A stretch of 64,000 nt of DNA from Octopus sinensis (taxonomy: Eukaryota): contig NC_043021.1 in NCBI RefSeq assembly GCF_006345805.1, positions 2,294,001-2,358,000 on the forward strand, in the 5' to 3' direction. Numbering within the stretch: position 1 is the first letter of the stretch; every line of letters starts with the position of its first letter. Below are positions 55,991 to 64,000 of this stretch, piece after piece. A program made the position numbers and the translations under genes. The notes below the pieces were generated by a model that was not told the origin of the DNA, searched no databases, and saw nothing but the letters and a program-made list of their open reading frames with translations.

Positions 55991-56894
55991 CGCACACATA
56001 TAAATTAATGAATCTTCATACAAGCAACTGCTTAAGCAGACCAACAACAACAACATCAAAGCAAGCACTAAGGTGAAATTCTACCAAAATGTATTGAGCC
56101 AATTCTACTACAGCACCAAATGTTTGGTACCATCTCTCCGCAGACACCTTAATTCCTCTGTTTCCATGGAAATACTTTTTCGTTATGTTTGAGTCACTTT
56201 CATCCAAAAAAAAAAAAAAAACCTAAAAATAACATCTTCAGGTTTTTTTATTTTGTTTTCATTTTATTTTATTAATATTTTTTGTGGAGGAAACTAACTC
56301 TGACACAAGCGCCATCTATTGTCTTCGTTAGATTGTCTTCCTTCCATTTTGTTTTCCTTCGGTGTACTCAATACATGCCTCTCTTTCTTTCAGTTATATA
56401 CCAGTCATATACTTCAGCACATACACACACATATATACTAATATATACATATATATATATATATGTATGCTTGTATACTATACATATACTATGTAAAAAA
56501 ATATATACTATAAATAAATTATATATGTAGTATATGTGTATGTATGTTACACATAAAAAAAAGAAAATTCACTGAAAAACAACAATTCTGCATTTTATAC
56601 ATCCAACAATATTTTGTGTGTCTATGGTGTGAGTGTGTCTGCTACGCGAGTGTGTTTGTGTGTGAGTGTCTGTGTATGAGTTTGCGTGTGTGTGTGTTAT
56701 GTTCTGAAACAGTTGGTGAGACACAGAGAAATAAATCTATGGTTGTTGCCCAATAAAAGTTTTTCTTTTATAAAATACAGCTTCGTGTTTGTCTTCATTT
56801 CATAACCATCATCATTTAACATTGGTACCCTTAACACCAGCAATTTTTCAGCACCCCCTTCTGTGTATGTACATATGTATACATATATACATAT

Positions 56895-57277
56895 GTGGAG
56901 GCGCAATGGCCCAGTGGTTAGTGCAGCGGACTCGCGGTCATAGGATAGCGGTTTCGATTCCCAGACCAGGCGTTGTGAGTGTTTATTGAGCGAAAACACC
57001 TAAAAGCTCCACTAGGCTCCGGCAGGGGGTGGTGGTGATCCTGCTGTACTCTTTCACCACAACTTTCTCTCACTCTTACTTCCTGTTTCTGTTGTACCTG
57101 TATTTCAAAGGGCCAGCTTTGTCACTCTCTGTGTCACGCTGAATATCCCCGAGAACTACGTTAAGGGTACACGTGCTTGTGGAGTGCTCAGCCACTTACA
57201 CGTTAATTTCATGAGCAGGCTGTTCCGTTGATTCGGATCAACCGGAACCCTCGTCGTCGTAACCGACGGAGTGCTTC
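56895..57277 (+). mobile_element. tRNA-derived SINE, head B + body X + tail T1, full length
   Basis: gtggaggcgcaatggcccagtggttag..gtttcgattccc head; tail matches 2790-2966 closely. Confidence 0.85.
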
Positions 57278-58119
57278 CATATATATGAGGGGGTGCTAAA
57301 ATTGTGATTTTATTCAACATATCCCCCTCTCAGATTCACACACTTATTGCTGTGGTCCTTCAGTTTTTTCTAAGCCCTGTAAAAGAACTCGGAAAGTCGA
57401 GTCTCCAACCAGGCCTTTCACAATACTCTGAAAGCCAACAACTTTTCAGCCCCACCCCATTGTATTGTGTGTTTGTCTTTTTACTTATTTCAGAAATTGT
57501 AGTGTGGTGGTCATGCTGGGACTCTGTCTCGAATGGATTTAGTCTAACAAATTGACCCCGGTATTTTTTGCCGTTTTTTTTTTCTCCTCACGCCTGGTAC
57601 CTACTCAATCAGTGTCTTTTGCCGAACCACTAAGTTGCTGGAACAACACTGGTTGTCAAGAGGGGACAAGAGACAAACATAATGAAGCACATTCGTGTGT
57701 GTTTGTCATCATCATAATTTAATGTCCGAAACCCATGCTGGCATCAGTTGGCCTGTTTGACCAGGGTTGGAAGGCTGCACCAGACTCCAGTCTGATTTGG
57801 CATGGTTTTTTTTATGGCAGGACGCCCTTCCTAACACCAACCACTCCGAGAGTGTAATGGGTGCTTTTACATGCCACCGGCACAAGTGCCATTTGTGTGA
57901 CACCAGTATCTGCCATGACTGCGATTCTGCTCGGCTTGATGGGTCTTCTTCTCAAGCATGACATAATGCCAAAGGTCTCGGTCACTGCCTCTGTACATAT
58001 ATATGAGTAGACACAAAAGTATGCACGTCTCACATTGATATGAAATTGTGCCAGCATACCCCCATGTGGGCAAGACACACAGGAAGTATTGGAATTTCAT
58101 TCTGGATGACCAGTTTCAA

Positions 58120-58360
58120 TGGAATAGCTGTCAAGGGACTTGCAAGTCACATGGAGGATTGAAACTGCACTTGAACATTCATAATAAACAAGCAGAAAAT
58201 GAAGCCAGTTCTGAAATGAGATCCTTCTGCAGTATTTGTGATCAGCTTCTCAAGCACCTTCAAGGTTTTGAAAGCCATTTAAGATATCACGCTAGGAAAG
58301 AGCAATTATAGACATCAGAAGAGGTCAAGTGAGGCCCTTCGTTGACAGAGTACACAACAG
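58120..58360 (+). mobile_element. LINE 3' fragment encoding two degenerate C2H2 fingers
   Basis: NSCQGTCKSHGGLKLHLNIH and CSICDQLLKHLQGFESHLRYH followed by a short non-coding tail; no splice context for a host ZNF gene. Confidence 0.6.
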
Positions 58361-58429
58361 AAGACCATACATCTTCCAACAAGACTGAGCCATCTCATAA
58401 AGCTAGGACACCCCAAGTGGGGATGCATG

Positions 58430-58676
58430 CCAATCTCCATGATCATATTCTGCCAGACACATGGCCTGCTAATTCACCAGGCCTCAATCCACTAGACCTT
58501 TACGTATGGGGCATAGTCAAGAGAGAGGCCAATCAACACCCCCTTAACACTATACAATCTCTTATTACTGTCATAACCAGTACTGTGTCCGAATTCGATA
58601 AAGATCATCTGATTAGGGTCATGTCAATACTCCTGACCCCATATTGCAACAGTCACTGATCTTAATGGTGGATTCC
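58430..58676 (+). mobile_element. Tc1/mariner (DD37D/maT-like) transposase C-terminal fragment
   Basis: WPANSPGLNPLDLYVWGIVKREANQHPLNTIQSLITVI..DKDHLIR matches the WP.NSPDLNPLDY.VWG motif. Confidence 0.8.
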
Positions 58677-58680
58677 TTAA

Positions 58681-59269
58681 CCCTTTCGTTACCAACCTGG
58701 CTGAAACGGCTCTGGCTCTGAGTACAAATGTCTTGTTTTCAAAAGTTTTTAATTAAAATCTTGCACCAAACCTTAGTCACAATTTATGTTCCTAACACTA
58801 GCTGAATGATAACTAAGTTATTTCACTAAATTCTTTGTTATATTTAAAACTAGCAGTATCGCCCGGCGTTGCTCAGGTTTGTAAGGGAAATAACTATAAA
58901 GCATTTTTAGAGAGTTATAGCCAAAAAATAGCAAAAAATGATGGTAAATTTTTTTTTAGTTAAAAAAGGTGGAGTTGCGTCCCCTAGACAGTTTGTGGTT
59001 TGTGTTTCTGATTCTCGACCCCATGTCGAATTTATCGATTTTTTTCATAACTGGGGGAACTTTTCAAAATTTTCGCTGCGTTAGTTTTGAATTATGACAT
59101 TGGGCTATGTGTGTGTCAAGTTTCATCAGAATCGGTTGAAAGCCGTGGTCAGGGTGAGGGTACAAGCAAACAGACACACAGAAAACGCACAGACAAACTG
59201 CCGTTTATATAGAGAGAGATAATTGAAAGAAAGAGAGAACATCTCAAAATAAATACAGTAATGAAAGAA
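58681..59269. mobile_element. piggyBac-like MITE family B interrupted by a Helitron
   Basis: TTAA at 58677-58680 and 59270-59273; removing 58850-59219 restores colinearity with 61530-61750. Confidence 0.85.
58850..59219 (-). mobile_element. Non-autonomous Helitron (370 bp)
   Basis: Minus strand begins TC, ends CTAG with a subterminal hairpin CCTGAGCAACGCCGGG; inserted between A and T with no TSD. Confidence 0.85.
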
Positions 59270-59515
59270 TTAAATAGGTGTGATAAAAAGATTCTCAAGA
59301 TTATTTGAAACAATTTGTTTTCAAATACAGTTTTAATGAGCTACGTGTCTTTTTCTAAATTCATACAAATGATCTCAAAAGCTGATGCACCTTGTATTGA
59401 GTTCTGAGCCAAAAGCGATGTCCAGTTATTCAAGAACAACAAAATAAAATACTCTACAAATATCCAGGATGGTTTTAAACCTCCACACCCAGCCATTATT
59501 CTCTTAAAACATTCG

Positions 59516-59890
59516 AATAATCTTTTCTACTCTAGGCACAGGGCCCAAAATTTGTGGGATGAGGCCAGTTGATTAGATCGACTCCAGAATGTAACTGGTA
59601 CTTAATTTATCGACCCCAAAAGGATGAAAGGCAATGTCGAGCTCAGCAAAATTTGAACTCAGAACATAATGGTAGACCAAATATCGCCAAGCATTTTGCC
59701 CGGTGTGCTAACGTTTCTGCCAGCTCACCGCCTTAAAACATTTAATAATCTTTACATTCTGGGTTCAAATGCTACCAAGGTTGAGTTTGCCTTTCATCCT
59801 TTTGGGACCATTAAAATAAATACCAGTTGAACACTGGGGTCCATGTAATCAACTTACCTGCTTTCCTGAAATTGCTGTCTTTGTGCCAAA
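59516..59890. mobile_element. Divergent pair of SINE family 3 copies
   Basis: Minus copy 59516-59735 followed by a 5'-truncated plus copy from about 59750. Confidence 0.8.
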
Positions 59891-60681
59891 ATTATTTGAC
59901 CTGCTAGAAATAGCAGCCTAACTTAACACAACTCAATCACAGTTAACATACAAAAGAAGACACACTGGATAATGTTCTCCTAGATAAACTGTGTCAAATG
60001 TAAAAAAAAAAAAAATAACTAGGTAGTCACAGATGGACTAGCTTTAACCATAGCCCTACTTGATTAAGGCAGGTGTAAGAAGCTGAAAGTGCATGGCTCA
60101 GTGGTTAGAACGTCACACTCACGAGGTAGTGAGTTCGATTCCCAGTCCGGGCTGTGTGTTGTGTTCTTGAGCAAGATACTTTATTTCACGATGCTCCCCT
60201 TCACTCAGCTGTAAAAATGAGTTGCAACACCACTGGTGCCAAGCTGTATCATTGCGTTACGTTCTTCTTGAGCAAAGCACTTCATTTCACGTTGCTCTGT
60301 GATCATTTCGTCATCTGACATGTGGCAGTCCGTTGCACCTGTACAGGTAATATCAATCTGATGGAGGGAGTGAGCTTATGTCTACACAAACATTTGATCA
60401 CTATAAAACAAACCATCTGTGTGGTTGTTCGGTAAGAAAATGTCAAACCCTCATACGTCATCTAACGACAGGAGAGTCTATCATACATATGTATTTATAG
60501 TTCGAATTTACAGAAAGCAAATGATGAAGACAGGTGAGGCAACAAACCTACGGTCTTCGACAGAAAAGATTTAGAGGAAAAAAGAAAATGAAGTGAACGA
60601 TAAAAAGGGAGAAAAAACAGTGTAGGAATTAATGGTTCAAAATGATGAAAAAAAAAAACTTGTGTATATATATATGCATAC

Positions 60682-60727
<46 letters not shown>

Positions 60728-61205
60728 TACATTATATATGCATGCATACATTATATATGCTGCCACTCAGTCAGGTACAATGATGAGTGTTCCAGTTGAT
60801 TTGATCCTAAAAGCCTGCTCAACGTAAAGGCACAGGTGGCTGGGTGCTCCACAGACATATGTACTATTAATGTAGGGAATAATGTAGTTTGCAGGGAGAT
60901 TCAATGTGACAAGGTTGGCCCTTTGAAATACAGGTACTTTTTTGCCAGATGAGTTGGACGGAAAGACTTCCTTTTGTACCCCCCCACCATAAAAGTTTTT
61001 TAAAAAGACTATTAAACATGGTGGAAAATTGATTTCCTGCCACGTCTTATAATAATAATAATAATAATGATGAGAGAGTCATAAAAATTAAGAATTTCTT
61101 CTAAAAACAAACTTCATTTCTGTATTATTCATGTCCCGAGGTTAAGCAAATTTCAGAGTTAAGTAATCTGGGCCTTCTCACCAGGCAAATTGAGACATGA
61201 ATATA

Positions 61206-61235
61206 CAGGGCTTGGACAAAATGATGGAAACACCT
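61206..61235. mobile_element. Isolated Tc1-like terminal inverted repeat
   Basis: TA|CAGGGCTTGGACAAAATGATGGAAACACCT; partner end not found. Confidence 0.45.
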
Positions 61236-61529
61236 AATATGTTTTGCTCAAGGATACATGCTACCAGGAATTGAACTCCCAACCTTAGTAAGTTACGACT
61301 GTGAGCAGATGCGCTAACCACTTAGCTACACGCCTTCCCACACAAACACACACATACGTAAATGTCGAATGATAAGAAGAAGTATTCAACACCGCATTGG
61401 TGGATATAATTTCTTTATTTGTGACTGAAATCCACCATTGGTTCATGAAACCAATGGTAGCCGAATGAGGTACTTAAATGGTAAAGCACCAAGGTCAGGT
61501 CAGCGCTATCATAGACAAACTGTATTTAA

Positions 61530-61750
61530 CCCTTTCATTACCAACCCAGCGAAAACCGGTTCTGGCTCTGAGTACAAATGTCTTGTTTTCAAAAGTTTTG
61601 AGTTAAAATCTTCCACCAAACTTTAGTCACAATTTATGTTCCTAACACTAGCTTAATGGTAACTTAGTTATTTCACTAAATTCTTTATTATATTTAAAAT
61701 TAATAGAAGGAAACACAGAGCATCCCAAAATAAATACGGTAATGAAAGGG
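61530..61750. mobile_element. piggyBac-like MITE family B, intact
   Basis: Perfect 13-bp TIRs CCCTTTCATTACC / GGTAATGAAAGGG with TTAA on both sides. Confidence 0.92.
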
Positions 61751-61902
61751 TTAAGGACAAATGCTTACTCACTAAAATAACCCCGGATTTATTCCTCCAG
61801 TTATGCATGAATTCACAACTGGCTGCCCGAATACATGAGTCATGAAGGTCACACATGGCTACACCCACTGCACCTATACACCACCGTTTATAGGCTCCGG
61901 AT

Positions 61903-64000
61903 CAGAGGTGGGGAATCTTTTTAAGTCGGGAGGCCGCATTAAGTTTAATCGTAATCTAAACAAGGCCGCCACAAAAAACATTTCATTGTTATTTTTAAAA
62001 CCCAGAATATATTTGGTAATAAATGACGAAGAGAACTTACCTGTCAATGATTAAGGTGGTGCTGTTTGCGGTTGGAAGCCTTTCAATGTTTGGGTTGCAG
62101 CATCGATGTTCGTAGTTTCAGCTGACCTTTTGGATGGGAATCCGTAATTGGCGACAATAAGCGAGTCTTGGTCTTGTTTCGGTAGGAAAATATAAATTCG
62201 CAGGAATATGTCGTAGATAAGCAGGAAAGCATTTTTCGTATATGTTGACGAAGTGGTGGGCATTCTACTGCATTTTCCATACTTCAACTGGATCTTCTGT
62301 TTTTTCAGCATTAAATAACGACTATAAAATTTCATCTTCTGAAAGCTCGATTAATTCCATCTGTAACACTTCTGGAGCCTTTCAGACATCAACGAGATGT
62401 GGTAGAAATGCTAATTTGAGTGGAATATCCTGTTTCTCGAAGTTAGCGGACCTTTCCCTGTCTTCTTCAATTAATAAATTCAGAACACCTGAATGTTCGT
62501 TCAACAACGAATTCATACAAATTCTCGAGGTCGTGAATGACCGAAGCTATCCAAGAGCAAAGTGTTCATCTGAAATTTTAGAACTTTCTTCAAGAAACGT
62601 AGTTCTTCCGAAATGCTTGAATTTTTTTTGCAACGTGTCGTAAACCGATTTTGCTTTACCTTGCAAATAAATATTCAAGTCCTTTGGCTTTCGCAGGATG
62701 TCACAAAGAAATGCAGTATTTCTATAGAAATATTCATCTAAAATTCACATTGTTCATTCCGTTTGTATATATAATAACAGAGAGTCCACTAGACACACAC
62801 ATTAATATTCTCTTAACATTCTCCTGGTTATTTTAATCGACCGTGCTGCCAGTTATCAAAGGAGCCATTCTAGTCACATCTTCGTCGCACGGTCGTTCTT
62901 CGTAAAATTTTATTATCTGCCTGCATAAAGTAAAAACTTGTAACACCCGTCCTTGCGACAGTCAACGCAAATCCATACTGAATTCTTCATCGTCCTACCA
63001 CAGCAGTGGTTGGGACAGCGAATTCGCTGTAGTAAGAACATGGTTTCGATTCCCAGACCGGGGACTGTGAGTGGTTATTAAGCAAAAACACTCAAGCTCC
63101 ACGAGGCACCGGCGGCGGTGGGTGGTGAACCCCGCTGTACTCTTTCACTACAACTTTCTCTCATTCTTTCTTCCTACTTCTGCCACAAAACAGAGGAACC
63201 ATGGTGTATCCCACTATGGTGTGGTAAACTTTCAGGCCCTCGTCTAGATTGCGAATCCTCTGTACCTCTTGAGATGGTTCAGCTCTCCACCTGCTAAAAG
63301 CCACCGTTTACGGAATGAGGATAACAACGTAGCTTTCGCACCTGTGCAATGGCCAGTCCATTACGTGTGGTGGGTGGATCCTCAAGTTGCCACACGCATT
63401 CTTAGTAGCTTAGAGTAGGCTCGAATTAGAGATTATTCTTTGTGGCTAATGGCGTGAGTCCTGATTGGAACAACAACAGCAGCAGGTTACGGAACTGACG
63501 ATGCCTTGTTGCATTATTGGCACAAGTATAATTCACAAGATTTACGACTTGCTGCAGAATGTCACTTAAAACGGTTGATTTAGCACAAAGATTTTGCTGA
63601 TACAATGAAAAGAAATGATAGCATCTGGATTTGATATGGCTTTTTCTTTTTATCTGGGCAATAAATCCTTTACATTTTCCAGTCATGGAACTTCTTGACA
63701 TCTTGGAAGTTTGTGAAGACATCTATTCCTCGGTTCTATCCAGAAGATTACCCGAAGCCAGTAATTCTTTGTAGTAAACAAAATCTTCAGTTATGGCGTG
63801 AATGAAATAAAAAAAAACTTGCGCCGAATCACTCGTATCGATTGAATCAGTACTTTATGGTTATCTCACAACCACTGACAATTTGCCATTCAAAGGACCG
63901 GGTTCTCTCTCCCCTAAAAAATCGAGTTTGTGTGGCGACAAGAGATTGGATTAAGAGTTAGACCCTTTCGAATCAATATTTCAACACATTTGTTAACGTT
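61903..64000 (-). mobile_element. Fossil hAT (Charlie/Buster, GTF2IRD2-like) transposon, 5' part beyond the window
   Basis: TIR-like CAGAGGTGGGGAATCTTTTT at 61903. Frameshifted minus-strand peptides: STDSIDTSDSAQVFFYFIHAITEDF, SMTGKCKGFIAQIK..YQQNLCAKS..VVNLVNY, LSQGRVL, AFLCDI..LNIYLQGK, FEKQDIPLKLAFLPHLVDV..LQMELIELS, KMLSCLSTTYSCEFIFS. Confidence 0.9.
63007..63479 (+). mobile_element. SINE (truncated head B + body X + tail T3, (AAC)n end) inserted into the hAT transposase
   Basis: CAGCAG duplicated at 63001-63006 and 63480-63485; flanks rejoin as FRNLL..DDEEF on the minus strand. Confidence 0.75.

Noticed and set aside
56895-56970. tRNA genes at SINE heads (also 2646, 10678, 13043, 60086)
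   Set aside because: A/B boxes are present but there is no complete cloverleaf, and each continues into a repeated SINE body.
58048-58659. Host zinc-finger gene or intact transposase
   Set aside because: Short adjacent fragments of two unrelated elements with no splice signals or full catalytic domains.

Overview
AT-rich, repeat-dense eukaryotic DNA. The SINE repertoire, embedded microsatellites and gene sequence point to a coleoid cephalopod, most likely Octopus (inference, no database search). The only recognisable protein-coding gene is PTEN on the + strand, with seven coding exons: 20107-20151, 28981-29155, 30431-30538, 32234-32375, 33681-33847, 35433-35624 and 37196-37591. They join in one open frame from the human R55 equivalent to a stop after a PDZ-binding TQV end, and the HCKAGK|GRT catalytic motif is intact but split by an intron. 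Exons equivalent to human exons 1-2 were not found, so 1-20106 is probably part of a >20 kb intron. The rest consists of several tRNA-derived SINE families, hAT, piggyBac-like and mariner MITEs, a non-autonomous Helitron, RTE-like LINE fragments, a fossil hAT transposase (61.9-64 kb), a decayed tRNA-His and many micro/minisatellites. Best leads: a genomic Ser (AGT) at the normally conserved Gly251 that one A-to-I edit would restore; new cysteines in the WPD and TI active-site loops; a candidate 18-nt in-frame microexon; a ~560-bp fold-back mariner derivative in an intron; strand-biased self-targeting SINE trains; and a 155-bp TTAA-to-TTAA duplication around a MITE. No prokaryotic-type system or CRISPR array is present. 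Most ORF-track entries are microsatellite or repeat artefacts. Repeat boundaries are read by eye and approximate unless TSD/TIR coordinates are given.
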